From the IMG/VR virus record IMGVR_UViG_2061766007_000234: DNA of 64,000 nt; one strand, written 5' to 3'. Shown in pieces: positions 27,569-36,512 of this stretch. Below the pieces are notes generated by a model. It was not told where the DNA came from and searched no databases. It saw only the letters and a list, made by a program, of their open reading frames with translations. Both the position numbers and the translations under genes were made by a program. The DNA comes from an uncultured virus (IMG/VR IMGVR_UViG_2061766007_000234) (lineage: Duplodnaviria > Heunggongvirae > Uroviricota > Caudoviricetes). Every line of letters starts with the position of its first letter. Position 1 is the stretch's first letter.

Positions 27569-27859
27569 TCAGCCGTCAACAATTTTTCTTATCATATCAA
27601 GTTTATTTTCAAGCTCTGTCACCTTACCGGCAAGCGGATTCGTTTCTTCCCCGGTTACAAGAAATTCTACAGTTGTATTCAAAGCTCTTGCAATTCGGGT
27701 AGCTTGTGCCGCATCTGGCAGACGGTTATAGAAAATCTGCTGTTTCAAGTTGCTGAAATTCAAGTCGGCAGACTTTGCAAGCCCCTCTTGAGTTGTAAGA
27801 CTTTGCTTTATGAGAACTTTCACGCGATTCCAAAAATCAATTCCGTTTTCATTCATCAT
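27569..27859 (-). CDS. XRE-family repressor 1
   Basis: TQEGLA...RLPDA.....IARALNTTVEFLVTGE. Confidence 0.85.
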   Translation of the reverse strand: MMNENGIDFWNRVKVLIKQSLTTQEGLAKSADLNFSNLKQQIFYNRLPDAAQATRIARALNTTVEFLVTGEETNPLAGKVTELENKLDMIRKIVDG

Positions 27860-27875
27860 TTAATTATCGGCAAAA

Positions 27876-27962
27876 AAAGTTTTGAAAAAAGATATTTTTT
27901 ACTTGACAAAGTTTTTGAAAGAAATAATAATTACAGCATAAAGTTTTTGAAAAAAAACTTTT
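27876..27962 (+). promoter_or_regulatory. divergent promoter with three operator-like repeats
   Basis: AAAGTTTT(T)GAAA at about 27876, 27908 and 27940; TTGACA at 27903. Confidence 0.65.
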
Positions 27963-27970
27963 AATTCTTA

Positions 27971-28060
27971 AAGGGTTTTTGTCTTGTAACGCTCCAATGG
28001 CAAAAGCCCTTGTGCTTTTGGGCTGTGTGAGATTGAGCGTACTCATGCAGCCTTTTTTTT
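27971..28060 (+). promoter_or_regulatory. kissing-loop leader attenuator 1
   Basis: 13-bp hairpin with loop ACGCTC, then 11-bp terminator with loop GAGCGT and T8. Confidence 0.65.
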
Positions 28061-28072
28061 AAGGGGTCAAAC

Positions 28073-28324
28073 ATGGAATCGGACGTAAACAAGCTTGAGA
28101 AAATGCTCTTGCAGCAGGTTGAGCTGTTAGGCAGTGATAACCTTGCAGACGCTGACAAGGCGAAGCTTATGATTGAACGCTCAAAAGCGATGTCGGAGCT
28201 TGCTGACAGCTACGTAAGCATAAACAGAATGAAGCTTGACGTAGTTAAGGAACTCAATCAAAACGGCACTCTTTACGAGAAATATCTCGGCGTTGAGATG
28301 CCGCCAGTCGGAAAGCTCAAATGA
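28073..28324 (+). CDS. hypothetical protein paired with HNH gene
   Basis: L..Q.E.L...IERSKA...LA pattern; ATGA coupling. Confidence 0.7.
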   Translation: MESDVNKLEKMLLQQVELLGSDNLADADKAKLMIERSKAMSELADSYVSINRMKLDVVKELNQNGTLYEKYLGVEMPPVGKLK

Positions 28325-29034
28325 AGCATTTCAGAAAAATCTGGGACAAGGAAAAGCACGACTGGATTTTTGCCCATAAAGACTTGAACCGTAATGAAAG
28401 CTACGAGCTTTTCTGCAAGGCGTTTCCAGATGCTGATGTTTCAAGAATTGCCTATTTCAACGAGCGGTCAAGAATCGGTGCAAGCCGCTGTGATTCGGCG
28501 AGAGGTCATAACAGAAAGCCAAAGCCTTTATACAGCGAGCAGATAAAGAAAGGCTACGTGCAGATTAAGATAGCACAGCCTAGTGTCTGGATAAGCAAAG
28601 CTAAATGGGTGTACATGGAAACGCACCCGTGGGAAGATTTCAGCGAACGGAGCAAATACATCTTTCTTGACGGCAACAGCAGGAACTTTGCCCCGGACAA
28701 CATCGAGAGAGTGCCGTTAAAGCTCATGGGCATATTCAACATTATGGGCGGAACGGCTGAAACGCCGGAGCTTACAAGATTAAGAATTGCGCAGGCTAAG
28801 CTTAAATTAAAGACACTGGACGCAGGGGAAGAACTCGGTCTTGTAGTTCGCTTAAACAAAAATAGCGGTCGGCGATTCCGTGAAGACGTAAACGCTTCCG
28901 CAAGGGAATACAGGAAAAGGCCCGAAGTAAGGGAAAAGCACAACGCAAGCAGGCGTGAATATTACAGGCGAATGAAAAAACCGAACAGCCAGAAAAATGG
29001 CGTGAATTGCAGAGAAAGCATAACGAATATTTGA
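28321..29034 (+). CDS. HNH endonuclease-like protein
   Basis: GYVQIKI...W..K...V....P, IFLDGN..NF..DN; C-terminus may be frameshifted. Confidence 0.7.
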   Translation: MKHFRKIWDKEKHDWIFAHKDLNRNESYELFCKAFPDADVSRIAYFNERSRIGASRCDSARGHNRKPKPLYSEQIKKGYVQIKIAQPSVWISKAKWVYMETHPWEDFSERSKYIFLDGNSRNFAPDNIERVPLKLMGIFNIMGGTAETPELTRLRIAQAKLKLKTLDAGEELGLVVRLNKNSGRRFREDVNASAREYRKRPEVREKHNASRREYYRRMKKPNSQKNGVNCRESITNI

Positions 29035-29068
29035 AAGCATACTACAAGCGGAAAAGGGAGGAAAGAAA

Positions 29069-29455
29069 ATGATAATAGGCTGTTATTGCAAACCTTACAT
29101 AATAGAGCTCGACGGAAAGCCCTTTGAAGTTAAGGGCGAAAAACTTGTCGGAAAGTTCATCAGAAAAGACAAGATTTATTTCCGGGGCGTTGTCTTTGAT
29201 GATGACGATGCTTCCTGCGGCGACACAGTAGTGCTGACAAAAAAAGAGTTTGAGGAGCGTGTTGAAAGATGTGTCGAGATACTCGGACAGCCCGAAAAGT
29301 TTGACCGCAACTATTATGAAACTTGGAAGAACGGCGGTCTTATGAACCAAAAAGAAGTAGACAGCTTTTCCGAAGGTCTTAACCGTGAGCCAGAAGAAAT
29401 TGCATTCCGCGCAGGCTTTCTTGTGGGACTTTATAAGCAGAGGACGGATGTATGA
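29069..29455 (+). CDS. hypothetical protein
   Basis: GGAGG upstream; ATGA coupling to next gene. Confidence 0.7.
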   Translation: MIIGCYCKPYIIELDGKPFEVKGEKLVGKFIRKDKIYFRGVVFDDDDASCGDTVVLTKKEFEERVERCVEILGQPEKFDRNYYETWKNGGLMNQKEVDSFSEGLNREPEEIAFRAGFLVGLYKQRTDV

Positions 29456-31155
29456 CAGTAAATCAGCTGATAGCTGAACAGCACAGAAATAATGAAGAAA
29501 CGGAGTTTTATCCAACAACTTTTGAAATTGTCGATTGCGTGGCTAAATGGATAGCGACACACGGCGAATTCACTAACGAAGTTCTTGACATAGGGTGCGG
29601 AAACGGCGGTTTCTTTGAGAAACTGGATAAAACGGACTATTTCAACAGCTCTGAATATAAAGACAAGAATTACAACAATAAAATCGGCAAATCGTACAAG
29701 AAATACGGCATCGAAAAATCGTATACACTTGCGGAACAGCTGCCCGATGATGTGATTCTGCTCGGCTCTGACTTTATGACGAACACGCTTATTGACAAGA
29801 AGGTCGGCTGCATTTTCTGCAACCCGCCGTATTCGCAGTACGAGGTATGGGCAGAAAAGATAATACTTGAGGGAAACGCTGACAAGATTGTTCTTGTAAT
29901 ACCGGAACGTTGGAAAAACAACGAACAGATTAAGGAAGCTCTTTTCCAGAGAAAATACAAAGCAGAAGTTATCGGAAACTTTGATTTTCTCAATGCGGAA
30001 CGCAAGGCTCGCGCTGTTGTCGATGTTGTCGCAATCAAGCCGGACGTAACAAGCTACAACGGTAGAAACTATGACAATAAGGCGACAGACCCTTTTGACC
30101 TATGGTTCGATTCAACATTCAAGCTCAACGCCGAAAAGCAGAAAGAGCATGAATACGAAGAAAACCAAAAGAAGCGAGATGAAATCATAGCGAGCGGCGA
30201 CACTGCCGAAAACCTCGTGCAGTTCTATAACGCCGACATGCAGAAGCTTTATGATAATTACCGTGCACTGGAAAAGCTGGATGCTGATATTTTCAAAGAA
30301 TTGAAAGTTGACGTGAAGATGCTCAAAAGCTCATTAAGGGAACGGCTTAAAGGCTTGAAGCTTCTCTATTGGGATTTGCTTTTCAAGAAATATGACAAGA
30401 TAACGGCACGGCTTACAACAAAAGGTCGTGACAAGGTTGTTAAGCGGCTTAACGACAATACGGCGATAGACTTCACTATTGAGAATATCTTTCAGCTGAC
30501 AATGTGGATTATCCGGCACAGCAACACGCTTTTTGACGAACAGCTCACAGACTTTTTCTTTACGCTTGCCAGAAGTGAAAACATACACAGGTACAAATCA
30601 AACCTGCGTTGGAATGATTCAGACTGGAAGTATTTGAAAGACAATCTGACAGAACACGGCTCATTCAGAAAAGACAGAGCAGTTAAGACACTCAAGAATA
30701 TCATGCTTGACTACCGCATTATAGTAACCGACTGGAGAAACTTTGACATGGACTGGTCACATTCACGGCTTACGGATTCATGCAGAAACTTTCTCTATGA
30801 CATGAGCGTGATAGCTGAAAATCTCGGCTTCAGTCTTGATTTCAAGATACCTGAAAAGTACGAAGAAATTGATTTTGATGACTGGAACAATTTCGACATA
30901 CACACAAAAGACGGCAAGCTTTTCTGCAATGTCAAACTCTATAAGAACGGCAACCGTCATATAAAGTTTTGTAAAGAATTCATGCAGAAGCTTAATGTCG
31001 AAATGGCGCGTATCTGTAAATGGATTCATTCTAAAGAAGAAGCGAAAGAAGAATTCGGACTTACAGAAAAGGAAATAAACGAAGCTTGGAACAACAATAT
31101 GAAAATCGCAATCGGGGAAGGCAAGAAACTTTTAGGACTTCCAGAGGTGGTATGA
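29452..31155 (+). CDS. DNA amino-methyltransferase with DUF4942-like C-terminus
   Basis: EFYPT, VLDIGCGNG (SAM binding), NPPY (catalytic), AERKARA, KLYKNGN.HIKF. Confidence 0.85.
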   Translation: MTVNQLIAEQHRNNEETEFYPTTFEIVDCVAKWIATHGEFTNEVLDIGCGNGGFFEKLDKTDYFNSSEYKDKNYNNKIGKSYKKYGIEKSYTLAEQLPDDVILLGSDFMTNTLIDKKVGCIFCNPPYSQYEVWAEKIILEGNADKIVLVIPERWKNNEQIKEALFQRKYKAEVIGNFDFLNAERKARAVVDVVAIKPDVTSYNGRNYDNKATDPFDLWFDSTFKLNAEKQKEHEYEENQKKRDEIIASGDTAENLVQFYNADMQKLYDNYRALEKLDADIFKELKVDVKMLKSSLRERLKGLKLLYWDLLFKKYDKITARLTTKGRDKVVKRLNDNTAIDFTIENIFQLTMWIIRHSNTLFDEQLTDFFFTLARSENIHRYKSNLRWNDSDWKYLKDNLTEHGSFRKDRAVKTLKNIMLDYRIIVTDWRNFDMDWSHSRLTDSCRNFLYDMSVIAENLGFSLDFKIPEKYEEIDFDDWNNFDIHTKDGKLFCNVKLYKNGNRHIKFCKEFMQKLNVEMARICKWIHSKEEAKEEFGLTEKEINEAWNNNMKIAIGEGKKLLGLPEVV

Positions 31156-31252
31156 TAAAGCATGATAAATATAACAATGTTATATATTATTAAATGTATA
31201 CAATATAAAGAAATAGCTTGAGTTTTTCCATAAGAAAAAGTAAGATAATTGT

Positions 31253-31339
31253 GTAGGACTTTTGAAATATACTGGACTTTTCAAAAGCCTTGCGCTTTTA
31301 GCCGTGGGAGTAGTCCAGTAACTCTTGCGGCTTTTTTTT
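31253..31339 (+). promoter_or_regulatory. kissing-loop leader attenuator 2
   Basis: Hairpin loop TACTGGACT (31270-31278) is the exact complement of terminator loop AGTCCAGTA (31312-31320); 12-bp stem and T tract. Confidence 0.75.
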
Positions 31340-31364
31340 ATCCTTCGGAAATAGTGAGGTGTAA

Positions 31365-31955
31365 ATGAACGAGCTTGCTTTGATATTCAAAAATGATGTT
31401 GCTTATGCAGATTCAAGAGATATTGCGGCATATTTTGGAAAACGTCACAGAGATGTTTTGCGTGATATTCGCAACATGCTGAAAGCACTTGGAGAAGGAG
31501 AGCGCAATTTTGCGCACTCGTACATAAACGCACAAGGAAAAGAACAGCCTTGCTATCAGCTTGATTTTGATACAACGATTACGCTTGTAACTGGATATGA
31601 TGTGAAATTGAGAAGTAAGATTGTCAAACAGTGGCACAGACTTTTGAAGGAACGCTCAAAGGTTCGTGACTATTCAAAAGGTATACGGCACGACTTTACA
31701 GACACCTTAAAAATGCACGGCTACGAAAAACAGTATGAATACATTCAGACTTCTATGCAGATGAAGAAACCTTTAGGAATAACCGCAAGAAAAAAAGACA
31801 TGACAAAGGCAGAAATTCAGAAAATAACCGCTGCTGAATATCTTGCAGAAGCTATGCTGTCAGATGAAAAAGGCTATCACGAAGTAAATCCTGTTTGCGT
31901 TGAAGCAAGTGCCGAAATTGACAGGATATTAAGCCGTAAAAGGATAACAGCATGA
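31365..31955 (+). CDS. Rha family regulatory protein
   Basis: DSRDIA..FGKRH.DVLRDIR, SYINAQGKEQPCY, LVTGY. Confidence 0.9.
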   Translation: MNELALIFKNDVAYADSRDIAAYFGKRHRDVLRDIRNMLKALGEGERNFAHSYINAQGKEQPCYQLDFDTTITLVTGYDVKLRSKIVKQWHRLLKERSKVRDYSKGIRHDFTDTLKMHGYEKQYEYIQTSMQMKKPLGITARKKDMTKAEIQKITAAEYLAEAMLSDEKGYHEVNPVCVEASAEIDRILSRKRITA

Positions 31956-32124
31956 AGAAGCTCAACATATCGCGCGAAGCAAAAATCGAAATGATTAAGC
32001 GGCTTATCCAGAAGGACGAAGCCTTATGCGCTAGGCTCTGCTGCCAATCGTGGCAGATAGGCGAAAACGTTTTTTTGAAGCTCTTGAAAGAATACGGAAG
32101 CGAAGAACAGAAAAGGCTAATACT

Positions 32125-32478
32125 TTAGCCAATATCGCGCTGTCTTTCCTTTTCCCTTTCGGTAGCATCTGCTTTTAAGGTGTTGACGGTATCAAAAATG
32201 ATTTTCTGGTAAACATCTGGAAGCGCATATATTTCGTAGGCAAGCTCGATGATGTGTTCGGGCACTGATTCCGGGGCTTCACCAGTTACGAGGTATTCAA
32301 CCGAAGTATTAAGATATTTGGCGATTTTGAGCGCAACATCGGCACTGGGAATGGTATTGCGAGAAGCCCATAAAGACAAAGAATTGGCTTGTATGCCGCA
32401 TTCATGGCAGAAATCGGACTTTCTTGCACCTTTTGGAAACAGCTGATTTATTCTGTCAACAAATTCTTGACCGCTCAT
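32125..32478 (-). CDS. XRE-family repressor 2
   Basis: W....TIPSADVALKIAKYLNTSVEYLVTGE. Confidence 0.85.
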   Translation of the reverse strand: MSGQEFVDRINQLFPKGARKSDFCHECGIQANSLSLWASRNTIPSADVALKIAKYLNTSVEYLVTGEAPESVPEHIIELAYEIYALPDVYQKIIFDTVNTLKADATEREKERQRDIG

Positions 32479-32499
32479 GTATTAATTATCGTCAAATTA

Positions 32500-32585
32500 T
32501 ATCAAATGATAAAAAAAAGTTAAAAAAAATATTGACAAAGTATCAAAAGATATTATAATAGAGCAAGAATGTATCAAATGATACA
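32500..32585 (+). promoter_or_regulatory. divergent promoter with three palindromic operators
   Basis: TATCAAATGATA-type sites at 32500, 32541 and 32572; TTGACA 32532 and TATAAT 32554. Confidence 0.8.
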
Positions 32586-32596
32586 AGGGGAATTAC

Positions 32597-32899
32597 ATGG
32601 AGAAAGAAGAAAACTTTGAAACAGTGGAAACACTGATTAAGGAATATAAAAAAGAGAGCCTTGCCATTAAAGAAGCGCAGGAACGGCAAGGGGCAATTCT
32701 CGATAAGATTATCTCTGCCAAAGACAAGGCATGGGATTTAATCTCAATTCAAAAAGCGGCATTCAAGTCGGGCTTGTCAGTGCCGACCATTTACAGATTT
32801 ATCAATATGGGCAAGCTTCACACCGTTCACAAAGGCGGCCGCGCGCTCATAAGTGAATCGGAACTTCTGGCAATGGACGATAAGGCGGTCAATAAATGA
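32597..32899 (+). CDS. excisionase-like HTH_17 DNA-binding protein
   Basis: SIQKAA...GLSVPTIYRFI..GKL....GGR.LI. Confidence 0.75.
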   Translation: MEKEENFETVETLIKEYKKESLAIKEAQERQGAILDKIISAKDKAWDLISIQKAAFKSGLSVPTIYRFINMGKLHTVHKGGRALISESELLAMDDKAVNK

Positions 32900-33285
32900 T
32901 GACTACCGTTGAATATCAGCTTCGTGTATCTGAGTTTGCTTTCTATGCAAAGCCTGTGATAGTCAACGAATCGAATCACAGCAAGCATTTTAAGCAGACA
33001 AAGGTTCAGCACAAGTGCGATTACGTCTATCCAGTTATGGGGCTGACCGAAGAAGCAGGCGAAGTTGCCGGAAAGTTCGCTAAGATTATCCGCGACAAAA
33101 ACGGCGATATAACGGCTAAGGACAAAGCCGAAATCGAAAAGGAACTCGGTGATGTAATGTGGATGGTTGCTGAAATATGCAACTGCATGGGTTTCAAGCT
33201 CCATGAAGTAATGGAGAAGAACATAAAGAAGCTTGAAGACCGCAGGGCGCGCAACGTCTTGAGCGGTTCTGGCGACAACAGGTAA
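32896..33285 (+). CDS. MazG-like nucleotide pyrophosphohydrolase
   Basis: GLTEEAGEV, KELGDVMW, N..KL..R..R..L.GSGDNR. Confidence 0.9.
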   Translation: MMTTVEYQLRVSEFAFYAKPVIVNESNHSKHFKQTKVQHKCDYVYPVMGLTEEAGEVAGKFAKIIRDKNGDITAKDKAEIEKELGDVMWMVAEICNCMGFKLHEVMEKNIKKLEDRRARNVLSGSGDNR

Positions 33286-33289
33286 TCTT

Positions 33290-33668
33290 TGCGCCGTTGG
33301 CGTTAAAAGATAAACGCTTGCCCGTATGGGTGAGCTTATTAAACTAGGAGATTCTTAGTTAATTTTAAACTCGGAAACCACATGAGTTTTTGAGCGTTCT
33401 CTAATGTTTTTTAGTCATTTTATCTGAGCTACAGCAGGGGAAGCCGACACGCTGCAACCGTGCGAAACGGCGACTGTAGCATTTAATTTGTTTTCAATTG
33501 AAGCCGCGCCGTTGGCGTTGACTTCGCCGCACGTCCGTTGGACTGCGAAGAGTAGTAGGTATTATAAATTGTCAGCTCTGCCGGAGAGCCGCAGACAGGC
33601 GCACCCCACGAATACAAACCCCATTCGCCAAGCGTCTGCAACTGCAAGGGGGAAACCCCACCGGCTTT
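33290..33668 (+). ncRNA. candidate structured non-coding region (hairpin and multibranch array)
   Basis: About 380 nt without a credible ORF; many stems, multibranch units GCTACAG/CTGTAGC and GCCGG/CCGGC; GCGCCGTTGGCGTT occurs twice. Confidence 0.45.
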
Positions 33669-33670
33669 TA

Positions 33671-33994
33671 TTATATTGAAATATTTTTTTTGAAAGCAGC
33701 GATAAGCTTTTCTTGCTTATCAAGCTGATTTTGAATAACAGATACAAGCGTTTCATACTTCTGTTTATAGATGTTTGATTCGCTGTTCGTTGAATATTCT
33801 GCATCTGCAAGATATTCAACAGACACATCAAGAATTTTTGCAATCTTAACAGCAGAAAAAACATCTGGTGTAAGATTCTTAGAAAACCAACCGCGGATAG
33901 TGTTGACAGAAATATCCGTTTTTTCGGCTAGTTCTTTTTGTGTCATACATCTGTAATCAAGCTCCAGTTTGAGCTTTTCAAGAAAAATGTTCAT
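33671..33994 (-). CDS. XRE-family repressor 3
   Basis: MTQKELAEKTDISVNTIRGW...P....AVKIAKILDVSVEYL. Confidence 0.88.
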   Translation of the reverse strand: MNIFLEKLKLELDYRCMTQKELAEKTDISVNTIRGWFSKNLTPDVFSAVKIAKILDVSVEYLADAEYSTNSESNIYKQKYETLVSVIQNQLDKQEKLIAAFKKNISI

Positions 33995-34005
33995 AAACAA
34001 AAAAA

Positions 34006-34094
34006 TATCAGAAATGATTGATATGGTGTTGACAATAAATCACAAATGATATATTATCATCATATAAAAATTATCAATCATAACTGATTGATAA
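34006..34094 (+). promoter_or_regulatory. divergent promoter with three ATCA-N4-TGAT operators
   Basis: Sites near 34007, 34039 and 34077 (last extended: TTATCAATCA-TAAC-TGATTGATAA); TTGACA-17-TATTAT. Confidence 0.75.
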
Positions 34095-34168
34095 AAACAA
34101 AAAGGGCGTCGCCCTATAAAAGACGGCTTAAATAATTTCACGCCTTATTTAAGCTGTTTTCAGCTTAT

Positions 34169-34312
34169 AAAAGCATTCTGATTGTCTTGGTGTGAACTGA
34201 AACCTTGAATGAACGCCTACATCATGGTTTCGGTAAGGCAGTCAGAGTGCTTTTTTATTAAGCAAGCCTTTATCTGTGTGACGGTCGCCAAACTTACAAC
34301 ACAAATAAAGGC
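34169..34312 (+). promoter_or_regulatory. structured leader of antirepressor gene
   Basis: Long stem GCATTCTGATTGTCTT/AAGGCAGTCAGAGTGC plus T6, then GCCTTTAT/ATAAAGGC hairpin next to the SD. Confidence 0.55.
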
Positions 34313-34323
34313 AAGGGAGTTTT

Positions 34324-35019
34324 ATGAAAAACTCAAAATTCTTATCGTCAGATTCTGCAAATTCTTTAACTACCAAAGAGCTTGCTGAACAGCTGAAAAC
34401 CAGTCCAAAGGTTATTCTTGAAAATGCAAAAAAATGTCTGCCTAACAAGAAAATTGAAAACGGCAAGCCTACTTACTGGACTAAAGCAGAAGTGACAATT
34501 CTTGTTGACTATACAAAAGCGAATAGTCATCGAAATGATACAACCTTTACTAATTTAGTAAAGGTTTCGGAAACTGACTTAACACCTGCCTTAAAAATCA
34601 AAAAAGCTTTTGACCTCATGCAAGAGGGCTATAAAGAAGAGCTTGCACGGCTTGAAGCTATCAACAACGAGCAGAAGCAGAAACTTCTTGAGCAACAGCC
34701 AAAAGTAGAAGTTTACGACAACTTTGTGGAGCGCAACAAACTGACAAACTTCCGCGACATGGCGGCAAAGCTCGGCATGAAGCAGACTGAATTTATGACA
34801 ATTCTCAAGGCAAAGTACATCTATAAGACAACCAACGGCGAATACCGCGCCTATGCAGACTATCAGAAATATTTTGCCATAAGAACATTCCCGAAGGGCG
34901 TTGATAAGACAGGCGAACAGCTCATGCTCACGCTCGAAGGTGCTTCTTTCTTCCTTGACCGCTACGGTAACGGCAAGGCGGTTGAAGCAATCGCTGACAA
35001 AATCATGGGCAGTGTATGA
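34324..35019 (+). CDS. phage antirepressor (KilAC/Ant C-terminal domain)
   Basis: QQPKVEVYD.F, FRD.A.KL, L....YIY, Q..LT.EG. Confidence 0.85.
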   Translation: MKNSKFLSSDSANSLTTKELAEQLKTSPKVILENAKKCLPNKKIENGKPTYWTKAEVTILVDYTKANSHRNDTTFTNLVKVSETDLTPALKIKKAFDLMQEGYKEELARLEAINNEQKQKLLEQQPKVEVYDNFVERNKLTNFRDMAAKLGMKQTEFMTILKAKYIYKTTNGEYRAYADYQKYFAIRTFPKGVDKTGEQLMLTLEGASFFLDRYGNGKAVEAIADKIMGSV

Positions 35020-35240
35020 GCGAGGTGAAACTAAACACCACGCAACGGCGCGTGTTCAACTACATCACAGAGTTTGGAAGCATAACAAGCTTGCAGGCTT
35101 TTGTTGATTTGGGCGAATCGCGCTTGTCGGCTCGTATCTGGGAATTGCGACATAAGGGCGTAAACATCTCAAGCGAGATGATAGAAACGGTCAACCGCTT
35201 CGGAGAAAAGCGGTTCGTAAAAAAATACTACATAGGGTAA
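35016..35240 (+). CDS. winged HTH DNA-binding protein
   Basis: Q..RV..Y....GSIT.L.A...LG..RLSARI.ELR..G. Confidence 0.8.
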   Translation: MSEVKLNTTQRRVFNYITEFGSITSLQAFVDLGESRLSARIWELRHKGVNISSEMIETVNRFGEKRFVKKYYIG

Positions 35241-35409
35241 AGAAAATGACATTTTATGAATATCTGGAAAATAAAAAGAATTACTGCCGTGAAATGGCAG
35301 TAAAAAGTGCAGGCTCTTTGATTTCAATTTTCTGGGCTAGAGCTGCAAGAGGCTTCGAGAAGAAGCTTGAACGGCTGACGGTTGAAGAAGCTGAAAGAGA
35401 GGTGATTTT

Positions 35410-35658
35410 ATGAGTGACTTAGAAAAAGAATATAAAAAGAAGAAGCAGAGAAAGCTTGCTGAATGGGAGCAGCTCAAAAAGAGCGAGAATGCCGACACTT
35501 ACGGCTTAACCCATGAGCCGATTATCACGGCTGCTTTTGAAAAAATGCTGAATGACTTGAGCATTCCGCCAGATGATTTGATTCACGAATACATCACATT
35601 CAGTATCGGTTTTCATGCAGCTACGCGCCTTATGTGCGCTGCAACGGGGGCTTATTGA
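35410..35658 (+). CDS. hypothetical protein
   Basis: GAGG upstream; coupled to next gene. Confidence 0.65.
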   Translation: MSDLEKEYKKKKQRKLAEWEQLKKSENADTYGLTHEPIITAAFEKMLNDLSIPPDDLIHEYITFSIGFHAATRLMCAATGAY

Positions 35659-36512
35659 TGAACGTGACTAATAAATTAAGACTGCCGCAGGCTTTTGTCG
35701 AAGCGGTTTCAGTTGAACGGCACAACAAGCCGGGCTGTTATTCGGCGACAACACTGAATAAAGGTACAAAGGAAATAATCCTACAGGAACGCCACTGGGA
35801 AGAATTCTCTGTTGACGCTTCTGACAATATCTGGGCGGTTTTTGGCACTGCCGTTCATGCAATCATGGAAGCTCATAAGGACGGAAACTTTCACGAAGAA
35901 AGGTTTGACATAGCCGTTTCAAACAGCCGTGTGACTGGGTGCGTTGACAGTTACGACATGGAGCATGGCGTTATTTTCGACTGGAAAACGGCGAGCGTGT
36001 ACAAAGTTATGAAAGGCGATTTTGCCGACTGGTACAAGCAAGGCATGACATACGCATGGCTGCTGACTGAAAGCGGTTTTTCGGTTAGGCACTGCTGTTT
36101 TGTTGCTTTGCTCAAAGACCATTCAAAGTCTAAGGCAAAGACAGAATCGGGCTATCCGGACTCGCCTGTGTTCGTCTATGAGTTTGACGTAACGCCAGAG
36201 GAGCTTGAGCAGACAGGCGAGCGTATCAAAGCAAAAGTTGCTGAAATTGAAGCAGCTGAAAAGCTTTCAGATGATGAAATTGCGCCTTGCTTGCCGGAAG
36301 AACGCTGGGCAGACCCCGACAAGTATGCGGTTATGAAAGAGGGCAGAAAAACAGCCGTGAGAGTATTCGACAACGAAGAAAACGCAAAGCTTTTACTGAA
36401 AGAGCTTGACGAGAAGCACTTTATTGAACACAGACCGGCTGTATCACGCAAATGCGCTGATTACTGCCTATGCAAAGATTTTTGTAATTTTTATCAACAG
36501 GAGATTAAATAA
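35658..36512 (+). CDS. Cas4-like PD-(D/E)XK exonuclease
   Basis: SATTL, GTAVH, TG.VD, DWKT, Q...YAWL, C-terminal C..YC....FC. Confidence 0.85.
   Translation: MNVTNKLRLPQAFVEAVSVERHNKPGCYSATTLNKGTKEIILQERHWEEFSVDASDNIWAVFGTAVHAIMEAHKDGNFHEERFDIAVSNSRVTGCVDSYDMEHGVIFDWKTASVYKVMKGDFADWYKQGMTYAWLLTESGFSVRHCCFVALLKDHSKSKAKTESGYPDSPVFVYEFDVTPEELEQTGERIKAKVAEIEAAEKLSDDEIAPCLPEERWADPDKYAVMKEGRKTAVRVFDNEENAKLLLKELDEKHFIEHRPAVSRKCADYCLCKDFCNFYQQEIK

Noticed and set aside
33420..33668. Hammerhead or other known ribozyme
   Set aside because: No CUGANGA/GAAA core in the right arrangement; left as an unassigned structured region
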